This document shows positions 8,797 through 18,565 of a DNA stretch of 64,000 nucleotides, one piece after another (within the stretch, counting starts at the first letter, position 1; each line of letters opens with the position of its first letter). Under the pieces are notes generated by a model. The model searched no databases. It was given only the letters and a program-made list of their open reading frames with translations, and was not told the origin of the DNA. The position numbers and the translations under genes are program-made. The DNA is from Thermoanaerobaculia bacterium (GTDB taxonomy: Bacteria; Acidobacteriota; Thermoanaerobaculia; UBA5066): the NCBI GenBank assembly GCA_963816185.1, contig CAWFJJ010000024.1, positions 384,001 to 448,000 of the forward strand, written 5' to 3'.

Positions 8797-8897
8797 AGGT
8801 TCTGCAAAATTTCTTAGAATGGTGAGCGAGGCTAAAGCGCCGCCCGCCGCAGAGGCGTCGGGTACGGCCGCGACGCCTCAATACCTTCTAAGAAGCC
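8797..8897. repeat. Intergenic inverted pair of TTCTWAGAA motifs with internal GC hairpin
   Basis: TTCTTAGAA 8811-8819 and TTCTAAGAA 8886-8894. Hairpin GAGGCGTCG 8852-8860 / CGACGCCTC 8871-8879. Confidence 0.7.
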
Positions 8898-8932
8898 CTT
8901 CTTCGGCCCGTCCCCCGGGCGAGAGCGCCGAG

Positions 8933-9559
8933 TCAGGCCGGCCGTCGAAGCAGATCCAAGAACTCTTCTCTGACCGCCTTCTGGAGGAAGATCCCGCGGA
9001 GCGCGGACGTGACCGTCACGGCGCCCGGCTTCTTGACGCCGCGCATCTCCACGCAGAGGTGCCGGGCCTCGATGACGACCATGACGCCCTGGGGCTTCAG
9101 CTCCTCCTCGAGGACGCCCGCGACCTGCTCGGTCAGCCGCTCCTGGACCTGCGGCCTCCGCGCGTAGAACTCCAAGAGCCGCGGCAGCTTCGAGAGGCCG
9201 ACGATCGTGTCGTTCGGGATGTACGCGATGTGCCCGTGCCCGTAGAACGGCACAAAGTGGTGGGCGCACATGGAGTAGAAGGGGATCTCCTTTTCCATGA
9301 CCATCGACGTGTAATGCTCCTCGTTCGGGAACGTCGTGAGCTTCGGGCGGGTGCCCTCGTCCAGGCCGGAGAAGATGTCGAGGTACATCTTCGCGACGCG
9401 CCGGTCCGTGTCGATGAGGTTCGGGTCGCGGTCGGGACAAAGGCCGAGGATCCGGATGATCTCTTTCACATGGCCGGCGATCTGGTCGACGCGAGGATCG
9501 GCGATGTCGCCGTTCTCGAGGAGGGCGGTGTGGAGTGCTTCTGGGTCGAGCTGGCTCAT
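8933..9559 (-). CDS. folE: GTP cyclohydrolase I
   Basis: FYSMCAHHFVPFYG, VGLSKLPRL, RRPQVQERLT, EARHLCVEMRGV. Confidence 0.96.
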   Translation of the reverse strand: MSQLDPEALHTALLENGDIADPRVDQIAGHVKEIIRILGLCPDRDPNLIDTDRRVAKMYLDIFSGLDEGTRPKLTTFPNEEHYTSMVMEKEIPFYSMCAHHFVPFYGHGHIAYIPNDTIVGLSKLPRLLEFYARRPQVQERLTEQVAGVLEEELKPQGVMVVIEARHLCVEMRGVKKPGAVTVTSALRGIFLQKAVREEFLDLLRRPA

Positions 9560-9592
9560 GCGGGCATCATACGAGGGGGAGGGGGCGGGCGG

Positions 9593-11047
9593 ATGGCAGA
9601 TGAAAAGAGCCCCAGGGCGCGGGCGACGCGCATCGTCGCGACGATCGCCTCGAACGCGGAGAGGCCCGGCGCGCTCGCGGCCCTCCTCGACGCAGGCGTG
9701 GACGTCGTGCGCCTGAACGGGGCGCACTGCCGCCCCGGCGAGATCGCGCGCCGGGTGGCGCTCGTGCGCCGGCTCTCACGTTCGCGGCGCGCCCCGACGG
9801 GCGTGCTTCTCGACCTCGGCGGCCCGAAGCTCCGCCTCGGCACGCTTCCCGGCGGCGCCGTTTCTCTCGCGAAGGGCCGGACGGTCGAGCTCTTTCCCGG
9901 CGTCGCCTCCGCCCGCGAGTCGGGAGCCGCCGTATGTCTCGCGGTCACGTATCCGGCGCTCCTCGACGACATCGGAGAAGGCGCCGAGGTGCGGCTCGAC
10001 GACGGGCGGATCCGGCTGCTCGTCAGGAAGCGCACGAAGCGCACTCTCGTCGCGCGCGTCGAGGTCGGCGGACGCGTGAAGAGCGGGGCGGGCGTGAACT
10101 TCCCCAATTCGGCCCTCTCGGCGCCCGCGCTGACGGCGAAAGACCGGCGGGATCTCGCGGAGGGTCTCGCGGCCGGCGTGGATTTCGTGGGCCTTTCCTT
10201 CGTGCGCAGCCCGGCGCACGTTGCCGTGCTCCGGCGGCTCCTCGCGCGCGTCCCGCCCGAGCGCCGACCCTGGATCGTCTCCAAGATCGAGCGGAAGGAA
10301 GCTCTTGCCGCGCTCGACTCGCTCGCCGCCGCCTCGGATGCGCTCATGGTCGCCCGCGGCGACCTCGGCGTCGAGATCGGGCTCGCGAGCGTGCCCCGCG
10401 CCCAGCGGGAGATCCTCGCGGCGGGCCGGCGGCACGCGGTACCCGTCATCGTCGCCACGCAGATGCTCGAGTCCATGATCGAGAACCCGACGCCGACGCG
10501 CGCCGAGGTCTCGGACGTGGCCGGGGCGGTGCACGACGGCGCGGACGCCGTCATGCTTTCCGGCGAGACGGCGGTCGGAGCGTGGCCCGTCGAGGCCGTC
10601 GAGGCGATGGCCGAGATCGCGTGCGCCGCCGAGGTGCCGGAAGCGGGGACCGAGGCCGACGCGGCGTGTCTTCCCCCTCCGACCGGGGATTTCTCCGCCG
10701 TCGTGGCGCGCGCGGCTGCGGAGATGGCCCGCGACGCGCACGCGGCCGCGATGGTCGTCTACACGGAGTCGGGCAGGACGGCGCGCTTCGCCTCGAAGAA
10801 CCCGCTCTCCATCCCGGTCCTCGCATTCACGTCGCACGAATCCGTTCGGCAGAAGCTCGCGCTTCTCAGGGACGTCACGTCGTTTCGGGTTCGCGAAGCG
10901 CGCAGCGTCGAGGCGATGATTCGCGCCGGGGATGCCGTTCTGTCGCGCTTGCCGGGCCTGGCCGGGGCGGTCGTCGTCGAGATCTCGGGCGCGGCTCCGG
11001 CGGCGGGCGCCACGAACACGCTGCGCGTCCGGCGCGTGCCGAGCTGA
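9593..11047 (+). CDS. pyk: Pyruvate kinase (divergent)
   Basis: LLDLGGPKLR, LSFVR, SKIE, MVARGDLGVE, ATQMLESM, PTRAEVSDV, DAVMLSGETA. Confidence 0.93.
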   Translation: MADEKSPRARATRIVATIASNAERPGALAALLDAGVDVVRLNGAHCRPGEIARRVALVRRLSRSRRAPTGVLLDLGGPKLRLGTLPGGAVSLAKGRTVELFPGVASARESGAAVCLAVTYPALLDDIGEGAEVRLDDGRIRLLVRKRTKRTLVARVEVGGRVKSGAGVNFPNSALSAPALTAKDRRDLAEGLAAGVDFVGLSFVRSPAHVAVLRRLLARVPPERRPWIVSKIERKEALAALDSLAAASDALMVARGDLGVEIGLASVPRAQREILAAGRRHAVPVIVATQMLESMIENPTPTRAEVSDVAGAVHDGADAVMLSGETAVGAWPVEAVEAMAEIACAAEVPEAGTEADAACLPPPTGDFSAVVARAAAEMARDAHAAAMVVYTESGRTARFASKNPLSIPVLAFTSHESVRQKLALLRDVTSFRVREARSVEAMIRAGDAVLSRLPGLAGAVVVEISGAAPAAGATNTLRVRRVPS

Positions 11048-11053
11048 GCCCCC

Positions 11054-12760
11054 TCAGTCGTCGCTTTCGCCGGCTGGCGCCTCCGGGATCGGCGGCGCCT
11101 GCGGGACGCCGTGCGGCGCGATCTCGAGGTCCTCGCCGTCCATTTCGTCCGGGTCGTACTCCACGCCGAGATACGCGAGCAGGGTGGGGGCGAGGTCGAC
11201 CGTGCGTGCCGCGTGGACGACGCCGGGCGACACGCCGGGGCCCGAGAAGATCAAGGGGACGACCGTTTCGCTCCTCGAGAGTGAGCCGTGGCCGTCCACG
11301 TATCCCTTCGTGAAGCCGTAGCCGTCTTTCGGGGAGATGAAGACGTCGGGAGAGCGCGGCGAGTCGAAGAACTCGGGGAGCTGGAGGACGAGATCGGGAT
11401 ACTCCGTCTCCGCCGTCGCCTCGAGCCATTCGTCGGCCTCGTGCGCAGAGCCGACGAGCGGCGCGGCAGGCGACGAGGCGTAGCCGAGGGGGTCCTCTCC
11501 GTCCAGGACGCGATACAGATAGAGCGAATCGAGGTCGTCGCGATCCTCGCGCACGATCTCGGCCCGGCCGGCAGGACCGTAGAGCGCGACGGTTCCGGGA
11601 AAAGGGCCACGGGTCACGACGAGCCTGACCTCGGGCGCGCGGGCGAGCGTCGCGGCAAAGAGCGACGTTTCCGGCGTCTTCAGGGGAGAGCTCCTCGGGG
11701 GGCGGGCCTTCCTCTTGCGCCGCGGGCCACGAAACGCGCTCGGCACCTCCTCGGGCGGGCGGTTCGCGGGCAGCCAGATCATGACGCCCCGGTAGGCGCC
11801 GACGGTGATCATGGCGTCGCCCACGTCGTAGGTCTTGTCCTTTCGCCTGACCGGGACGAGAACGCAGTTCCCGAGGCTGCAGTCCGCCTCGGTCGGGTTC
11901 GCGCTCAGCGCGCGGTTCACGAGCTCGTTCGCGTCGACGTAGGTCCCGTACGTGCGGTTTCCGTGGTCGGCGACGAGGACGAAGAGGATCCGCTCGTCGA
12001 GATGGCGCCTCCTGAGGCGGCGCAGGAGACGCCCGAACGCGCGGTCGATCGCCACCATCTCGTCTCGGAACTCTGGACTGTCCGGGCCGCTCACGTGCGC
12101 GATCTCATCGGTGCCGACGAGGTGTCCCCAGACGAGGGGCGGCATCCGTCCCGCCTTCGCCGCGCCGAGGTACGCGTCCCCCACGTCGTCGATCGTCTTG
12201 CGGTCCAGGAACGACCAGTCGTTCCGGGCGTACGAGGCGACGATCGCGATCCGGTTCCGCGCGTGGATCGTGACGCCCCGCGCGAGCGGAGTCGTCACGG
12301 CGACCGTGTCGTTCGGAAGCCGCTCGAAGAGCGTGCGCGCCTCCGGCGCGAGGTAGTCCGTGTTGGAGAAGACCCCGAGGATGTTCGTGTGCGCCTCGCG
12401 AACCCGGAGCCTGCGGTCGAGCCAGATGTTCGCGGGTATCCCGTGGTGGCCGGGGAGAAGGCCGGTTTCGAGGGAGGCGAGATTGGGATACGTCTCGCTC
12501 GGGACCGAGGCGACGGCCGTCTGAACACGAAGGCCGGGATCAACGATGCGGGCCTTGAGGTTCGGCAGGGCTCCCGAGGTAACGAGGCGCGAGAAGGTCT
12601 CGTCGGGGAGCCCGTCGAAGAGAAGGACGCACACGGACGGCCCGGAATGCGCGGGGATCCGCTCGGCGGCCGTGTACGCGCGCCCGCGGATCGAACAGGC
12701 GGCCGCGAAGAGGCCGGCCCCGAAGAGGAGCGCTGCGGTTGCGGAACGCCGAGCCGTCAC
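11054..12760 (-). CDS. Alkaline phosphatase / nucleotide pyrophosphatase-phosphodiesterase family lipoprotein
   Basis: Lipobox AAAC. LLFDG, PSETYPN..LETG..PGHHGI.AN, DEIAH, ADHG, GHGS. Confidence 0.85.
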   Translation of the reverse strand: MTARRSATAALLFGAGLFAAACSIRGRAYTAAERIPAHSGPSVCVLLFDGLPDETFSRLVTSGALPNLKARIVDPGLRVQTAVASVPSETYPNLASLETGLLPGHHGIPANIWLDRRLRVREAHTNILGVFSNTDYLAPEARTLFERLPNDTVAVTTPLARGVTIHARNRIAIVASYARNDWSFLDRKTIDDVGDAYLGAAKAGRMPPLVWGHLVGTDEIAHVSGPDSPEFRDEMVAIDRAFGRLLRRLRRRHLDERILFVLVADHGNRTYGTYVDANELVNRALSANPTEADCSLGNCVLVPVRRKDKTYDVGDAMITVGAYRGVMIWLPANRPPEEVPSAFRGPRRKRKARPPRSSPLKTPETSLFAATLARAPEVRLVVTRGPFPGTVALYGPAGRAEIVREDRDDLDSLYLYRVLDGEDPLGYASSPAAPLVGSAHEADEWLEATAETEYPDLVLQLPEFFDSPRSPDVFISPKDGYGFTKGYVDGHGSLSRSETVVPLIFSGPGVSPGVVHAARTVDLAPTLLAYLGVEYDPDEMDGEDLEIAPHGVPQAPPIPEAPAGESDD

Positions 12761-12799
12761 GCGGCGAGGTTACAGGAGGTTCGCTGCTACCATCCGCGG

Positions 12800-13675
12800 A
12801 TGCCACCGTTCCGCGGAGCCGATCTGCACTGCCACTCCACGTTCTCGGACGGCCTGGAGCCCCCGGCGCAGCTCGTGTCCCGCGGCGTCGAGGCAGGCCT
12901 TTCCGTGCTCGCGCTCTCGGACCACGACGCCGTTCACGGCCTGCCCGAGTTCGAGGCCGCGGCAAAAGGAACGGGGCTCGTGACCGTGACCGCGAGCGAG
13001 CTCTCGACGCGGTGCGACGGCGACGACGTCCACGTGCTCGGCCTGTTTCTCGATCCGGAGGAGCCCGAGCTCAAGTCGCGCCTCTCGGCATTCCGCGAGA
13101 ACCGAAACACGCGTGGAGAGGCCATGGTGGAGAAGGTCGGCGCCCTGGGAATGCCGCTCGATATCGCCGAGATCCGGGCCGTCGTGGCAGGCGGCGCGTT
13201 CGGCCGCCCCCACATCGCGCGCGCGATGGTCGCGAAGGGTTACGTGAAGAGCCTCGAGGAGGCCTTCGAGCGCTTCCTGACGCGGGGAAAACCGGCGTAC
13301 GTGCCCAAGCCGAAGTGGACCCTCGAGGAGGCGATCGAAGCCATCCGCAAGGCGGGCGGTCTCTCGATCATCGCCCATCCGATCTGGTACCGCGACCCGG
13401 AGCGAGTCGTCAGCCTCGGAGTCGCGGCGGGGCTCGACGGCCTCGAGGTCGTCCATGCGGACCAGGACGGGCAGAAAGAGAATGCATTCGGCCAGCTCGC
13501 CGAGCGTGAGGGCCTTCTGAAGTCGGCCGGTTCTGACTACCACGGCCCGCCGGAAGGAAGGAAGCGCGTCGGCGGCTGCCGGCTCGACGAGGAGAACTGG
13601 AGCCGGATGGTCGCCGCCGCCGCGAAGCGCCGGGAGGAAGCCGGCCGCCCGCCGCTGGATCTTTCTCCGCGCTGA
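12800..13675 (+). CDS. PHP-domain metal-dependent phosphoesterase (YciV/TrpH-like)
   Basis: DLHCHSTFSDG, LSDHD, HVLG, GRPHIARA, IIAHP, GSDYHG. Confidence 0.92.
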   Translation: MPPFRGADLHCHSTFSDGLEPPAQLVSRGVEAGLSVLALSDHDAVHGLPEFEAAAKGTGLVTVTASELSTRCDGDDVHVLGLFLDPEEPELKSRLSAFRENRNTRGEAMVEKVGALGMPLDIAEIRAVVAGGAFGRPHIARAMVAKGYVKSLEEAFERFLTRGKPAYVPKPKWTLEEAIEAIRKAGGLSIIAHPIWYRDPERVVSLGVAAGLDGLEVVHADQDGQKENAFGQLAEREGLLKSAGSDYHGPPEGRKRVGGCRLDEENWSRMVAAAAKRREEAGRPPLDLSPR

Positions 13676-13691
13676 CGGCGGCCGGACCTCC

Positions 13692-14243
13692 TTAAATGTG
13701 GCGCCAGTGCCCCCCGAGATAACGCCACTCGTGTCCGTGCCGGGTCCAGTGCGCCGGAACCCAGACTTCCTCGGCCCGGCGCGTCTCCCACCTCCCCGGC
13801 GCCCAGACGTGCGTCCCGCCGTCCCAGCGCCAGTGGCCGGCGATCCAGAAGTTCTCCGGTCCCGGCGGCGGCGGCACCGTCTCCACCTTGTACGCGGGTG
13901 GAGCGGGCGCCACGACCTCGGTGACTCCGGGGTCGTTCCCGGCCGCCACCCAGTGGCCGCGGTGGAAGATCCACTCGCCGCCACGATTCTCCCAGTGATC
14001 GCGGAGCCAGACGTGGCCCGGGCGCGACGCCATCCAGCGGCCGCCGACCCACACGTGCCGGTGGCCGTTCCACCTCCAGTGGCCGGTGACCCAGAAGTGA
14101 GCGGGGGAGGGCGGGACGCCGATGACCTCGACGCGCGGCGGAGGCGGCGGTACGCCGATGCGCAAGGTGACGCCCGCGACAGCGGCGGATGCGGACAGGG
14201 TGAGAACGGCGACGATCAGAAACCGGGCGAAACCACGCGCCAT
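13692..14243 (-). CDS. Secreted YXWGXW/WXXGXW repeat protein
   Basis: Signal peptide. Two Pro-rich units, each followed by W..GHWRW.G..HVW..GRW repeats. GGAGG RBS. Confidence 0.85.
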   Translation of the reverse strand: MARGFARFLIVAVLTLSASAAVAGVTLRIGVPPPPPRVEVIGVPPSPAHFWVTGHWRWNGHRHVWVGGRWMASRPGHVWLRDHWENRGGEWIFHRGHWVAAGNDPGVTEVVAPAPPAYKVETVPPPPGPENFWIAGHWRWDGGTHVWAPGRWETRRAEEVWVPAHWTRHGHEWRYLGGHWRHI

Positions 14244-14396
14244 GTGTACCTCCTACAAGACGCATTCCCGCACCTCAGGACGCAAGGAACGGGCCCGAGG
14301 ATTACTTCCCGGCCGGTTGCCGCGAGGGAAATTGCCTGCCTTGCGGCCTTCGCCCTCGCTTGAAGGACCACTCTTGCGATAGAACAGGTGCCCCCG

Positions 14397-15752
14397 ATGT
14401 CCACCCTCGCCCCTGTCGATTCTGAAGTCCTTCCTGCGCGGCCGGATGCCGAGCGGAGTCTCCTGGGCGCGATTCTCATCGACGGGTCGCTCCTGTCGCG
14501 CGTCATGGAGTTCCTCGTGCCGGAGGACTTCGCGAGCGAGGCGCACCGGCTGGTCTACGAGGCGTGCCTCGCGCTCGCCGATCGGCGCGAGGGCGTGGAT
14601 CTCGTCACGGTGCAGAGCGAGCTCGAGAAGACCGGGCGCCTCGAGCGCGCGGGCGGCGCGGCGGTCCTCTCGTCGCTCGTGGACCGCGTGCCGGACGTCG
14701 AGAACGTCGAGAGCTATGCGCGCCTCGTGCGCGAGTCCTCGCTGAGGCGGCTCGTGATCTTCCAATCGCGGCGCGCGATCCGCGACGCCGTGACGGCCCC
14801 GGATGCCGAGACCGTGCTCGAGAACGCGCAGCGCGACCTCGTCGAGATCGCGAAGGGGTCGATCAAGGGCGGCTTCGTGAGGCTCTCGCGCATCGCGGAG
14901 AGGAACGAGGAGGAGATCCAGAAGATCCATGGGCGGGGCACGATGCTCACGGGCCTGCCCACGGGCTTCACGAGGCTGAACGCGCTGACGCAGGGCTTCC
15001 AGAAGACCGACCTGATCGTCGTTGCGGCCCGGCCGGGCATGGGCAAGACGGCGTTCGCCCTGAACATCGCGTCGTACCTGACGATCCACCAGAAGTTCGT
15101 CGTCGGCTTCTTCTCGCTCGAGATGTCCGCCCAGCAGCTCGGCTTCCGCATTCAGTGCGCCGAGTCGCGGGTCAACCTGCAGCGCCTGCGCGAGGGCCGC
15201 CTCTCGAAGGAGGAGAAGAAGGCTCTCTTCTTCTCGACGCAGCAGATGCGCGAGGCGCAGCTCTTCGTGGACGACTCTCCGGCCGCCACCCTCCTCGAGA
15301 TGCGGGCGCGGGCGCTCCAGCTCAAGCAACGGCACGGCCTCGACGCCCTGTTCGTCGACTACCTCCAGATCATGGGGTCGCGCGGCAAGGTCGAGAACCG
15401 CACGCAGGAGGTCAGCGCGTTCTCGCGCGGCCTCAAGGCCCTCGCCAAGGAGCTCGACGTTCCCGTCGTCGCGCTCTCGCAGCTTTCGCGGCGCACCGAG
15501 CAGCGCGGCTCCGAGAAGGAGCCCGTGCTCTCGGACCTCCGCGAGTCGGGCGCCATCGAGCAGGACGCCGACGTCGTGCTCTTCCTTTCGCGGCCCGAGT
15601 ACTACGACAAGGACACCGAGCAGAAGAACGTCTGCGACGTCATCATCGCCAAACAGCGCAACGGCCCGACCGACCGTTTCACGCTCGGCTGGTCGGGCGA
15701 GTACACGCGCTTCTCGGACCTCGCGATGATCAGCGAAGGTCCGGGGCTCTGA
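14397..15752 (+). CDS. dnaB: Replicative DNA helicase
   Basis: AARPGMGKT, FFSLEMS, VDYLQ, ALSQLSR, SDLRESGAIEQDAD, IAKQRNGPT. Confidence 0.97.
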   Translation: MSTLAPVDSEVLPARPDAERSLLGAILIDGSLLSRVMEFLVPEDFASEAHRLVYEACLALADRREGVDLVTVQSELEKTGRLERAGGAAVLSSLVDRVPDVENVESYARLVRESSLRRLVIFQSRRAIRDAVTAPDAETVLENAQRDLVEIAKGSIKGGFVRLSRIAERNEEEIQKIHGRGTMLTGLPTGFTRLNALTQGFQKTDLIVVAARPGMGKTAFALNIASYLTIHQKFVVGFFSLEMSAQQLGFRIQCAESRVNLQRLREGRLSKEEKKALFFSTQQMREAQLFVDDSPAATLLEMRARALQLKQRHGLDALFVDYLQIMGSRGKVENRTQEVSAFSRGLKALAKELDVPVVALSQLSRRTEQRGSEKEPVLSDLRESGAIEQDADVVLFLSRPEYYDKDTEQKNVCDVIIAKQRNGPTDRFTLGWSGEYTRFSDLAMISEGPGL

Positions 15753-16964
15753 GCCTCTCTTCACCCCTCCGACCCACGCACGCCGTCGTCGACCTCGACG
15801 CGCTCGCGTCGAACTACCGGGCGATCATGCGCGCGCTGCCCAAGGGCTGCGTGCTGATGCCCGTCGTCAAGGCGGACGCGTACGGCCATGGAGCCGGGCA
15901 CGTCGCGCGCCGCCTCGCGGAGGAGGGCGCGCCGATCTTCGCGGTCGCCGTCGTCGAGGAGGGACTCGAGCTGCGGCGCGCGGGCATCACGCAGCCGATC
16001 CTCGTCATGGGCTGGATCGGAGGAGATCAGATTGGCTCCCTCGTAAAGGGTGGTCTCACGCCCAATGTCCATTCGATGGAACAGGGTGAGGAATTGAAGA
16101 ACTTCCTAGAAGGGGAAGAGGGGAGAGGGGCGTCGCGCTTGCCCTTGCCCGTTCATCTGAAGCTCGACACGGGGATGACGCGGCTCGGGGTGCTTCCGTC
16201 CGACTTGCCGCGAGTTCTCGACCTTCTCGACGAATCGAAGGGGCGCATTTTCTTAGAAGGTGTATTTCAGAACTTCGCCTCGGCGGACGATCCCGGCGGT
16301 GCACAAACCGAGGCGCAGATCAGGATTTTCTTAGAAGGTCTAAAGGCAATTCGCGCGCGCGGGTCACCGGCCTTCCATCATCCACACCGACAACAGCGCG
16401 GCGACGCTGGCGCGGCTGGCTAATTCACCTTCTAAGAAATCTCTCTTCGAGGTCACTCATGTCCGCCCCGGCCTGGCTCTTTACGCACGGGTCCCCGGGC
16501 TCTCTTCCGAAGCAAATGATTCTCTCTCGGACGTCATGTCGTTCGTCTCCGTCGTCGACCAGGTGAAGACCGTCCCGCCCGGGACGCGCGTGGGTTACGG
16601 CGGGACGTTCGTCGCGGGGCGGACCACGACGCTCGCCATCGTCCCGGCCGGATTCGCGGACGGCGTGCCGCGGCATCTCTCCGGGCGCGGGCACGTCCTG
16701 ATCGGGGGCCGCCGCTGCCCGATCGCCGGGCGCGTCTCGATGGACCTCACGGCCGTCGACGTGACGGACCTTCCCGCACGGCCCGCGCGGAACGAAGAGG
16801 TGGTCTTCTTCGGACGCCAGGGAGGCGCCCGGCTTGGCGTCGACGAGGTGGCTGCGGCCGCGGGAACGGTCTCCTGGGAGCTCCTGTGCGGCGTCGGCCC
16901 GCGCGTGCCACGTATCATCGTGTCCGGAGGCCGGATCGTGGCACGGGAGACGAAATTCCTGTGA
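15749..16964 (+). CDS. alr: Alanine racemase, split by a +1 frameshift near 16362 (probable sequencing error); start codon uncertain (CTG overlapping dnaB stop)
   Basis: VVKADAYGHG and HLKLDTGMTRLG in the first frame. H.DNSAA, VRPGLALY, VGYGG, GRVSMD in the second frame. Confidence 0.9.
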
Positions 16965-17731
16965 GCGCTGTACTCGAGTTCCTCGGACGTGGCGTTCTGG
17001 GCGTCCTGGAGGGGGTCGGGCGCTTCTTCCAGCTGCTCGGAATGACGCTGCGCGGCCTCGTGGCACCCCCGTGGACACCCTCTGCGACCGCCCGGCAGGT
17101 CGTGCGCGTCGGCGTCGACTCCGTGCCGGTCGTGCTTCTGACCGCGTTCTTCACGGGCGGCGTTCTCGCCCTCCAGACGTTCAAGGGCTTCCAGCGCTTC
17201 CACGCCGAGGGCTACATCGGATCCGTCGTGGCGCTGTCGATGCTGCGTGAGCTCGGACCCGTTCTGACCGGGCTCATGGTGACGGGGCGCGCGGGCAGCG
17301 CGATGGCCGCCGAGCTCGGCTCGATGCGCGTGACCGAGCAGATCGACGCGCTCGTAGCTCTCGCGACCGACCCGGTGCAATACCTGTTCGTGCCGCGCGT
17401 CCTCGCGGCGATCATCGTGCTGCCGATGCTCGTCGTCCTCGCGGACGCGGTCGGCATCCTCGGCGGCTATCTCGTGGCCGTGTCGTACCTCGGCGCGAAC
17501 CCGGTCGTCTACGTCAACAACACATTCCAGTACCTCGACATGGAGGACCTGACATCGGGCCTCATCAAGTCCGCGGTCTTCGGGTTCCTCCTCGCTCTCG
17601 TGGGCTGCCAATGCGGGTTCGACACGAAGGGCGGGGCGGAGGGCGTGGGCCGGTCGACGACGACCGCGGTCGTCATGGGCTCTCTCACGATTCTCATCGC
17701 CGACTTCTTCCTGACGAAGGTGCTCTTTTGA
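16961..17731 (+). CDS. mlaE: MlaE family ABC permease
   Basis: RELGPVLTGLMVTGRAGSAMAAELGSMRVTEQIDAL, GGAEGVGRSTT. Confidence 0.93.
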   Translation: MSAVLEFLGRGVLGVLEGVGRFFQLLGMTLRGLVAPPWTPSATARQVVRVGVDSVPVVLLTAFFTGGVLALQTFKGFQRFHAEGYIGSVVALSMLRELGPVLTGLMVTGRAGSAMAAELGSMRVTEQIDALVALATDPVQYLFVPRVLAAIIVLPMLVVLADAVGILGGYLVAVSYLGANPVVYVNNTFQYLDMEDLTSGLIKSAVFGFLLALVGCQCGFDTKGGAEGVGRSTTTAVVMGSLTILIADFFLTKVLF

Positions 17732-18555
17732 GCGCGTCCGCCGAGGCCCCCGCGATCCGGCTCAAGGGAGTCTCGAAGAGCTTCGGAGAAAAGAAAGTCC
17801 TCATCGGCCTCGATCTCGAGGTGAAGAAGGGCGAGTCGCTCGTCCTCCTCGGACAGTCGGGGATCGGCAAGAGCGTTCTCTTGAAGCACGTCATCGGCCT
17901 CCTGAAGCCCGACTCCGGCACCGTCGAGATCGACGGAGTGGACCTGTGGGCCGCTCCCCCGCGCGAGCGCGACGCGCTCCGCCGCAAGTTCGGCATGTCG
18001 TTCCAGGAAGGGGCGCTCTTCGACTCCATGAGCGTCGGCGAAAACATCGCGTTTCCGCTCACGCGGCACACGAAGAAGTCGAAGAAGGAGATCGCCGAAC
18101 GGGTCGCCGAGTGCCTCGAGCTCGTGCGTCTGCCCGGCATCGAGGACAAGCGCCCTTCCGAGCTCTCGGGAGGGATGAAGCGCCGCGTGGGATTCGCGCG
18201 CGCGATCGCCCTTCAGCCGCAGGCCCTGCTCTTCGACGAGCCCACCACCGGCCTCGACCCGATCACGACGGACGTCGTCGTGAAGGTCATCTCGGAGATG
18301 CGTTCGCGGCTCAAGCCGTCGGCGATCACGATCACGCACGATCTCAGGGTCGCGTTCACGATCGCGGACCGCGTCGGGCTCCTGTCCGGAGGCAAGATCT
18401 ACGTCGACATGACCCCGAAGGAGTTCGAGCAATCGAAGGACAAGCGCGTCGCGGCCTTCGTGACCGGCAACAGCGAGCTCGCGCCTCCGGAGGCCGAGCC
18501 CGAGAGCCGCTCGGAGAAGGGACGGCGGGAAAAGGGCGGGGAAGCGCACGTATGA
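17728..18555 (+). CDS. mlaF: MlaF family ABC ATPase
   Basis: GQSGIGKS, FQEGALFDSM, LSGGMKRRV, FDEPTTGLDP. Confidence 0.92.
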   Translation: MSASAEAPAIRLKGVSKSFGEKKVLIGLDLEVKKGESLVLLGQSGIGKSVLLKHVIGLLKPDSGTVEIDGVDLWAAPPRERDALRRKFGMSFQEGALFDSMSVGENIAFPLTRHTKKSKKEIAERVAECLELVRLPGIEDKRPSELSGGMKRRVGFARAIALQPQALLFDEPTTGLDPITTDVVVKVISEMRSRLKPSAITITHDLRVAFTIADRVGLLSGGKIYVDMTPKEFEQSKDKRVAAFVTGNSELAPPEAEPESRSEKGRREKGGEAHV

Positions 18556-18565
18556 TGGACGCGCC

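Noticed and set aside
8797-8897. Classical MITE/IS element defined by the inverted motif pairs
   Set aside because: Interiors of different pairs share no similarity and often encode conserved protein sequence. No target duplications or transposase seen.
16355-16370. Programmed ribosomal frameshifting in alr, hemW or VWA
   Set aside because: No slippery heptamer or known precedent. Single-base indel error is simpler.
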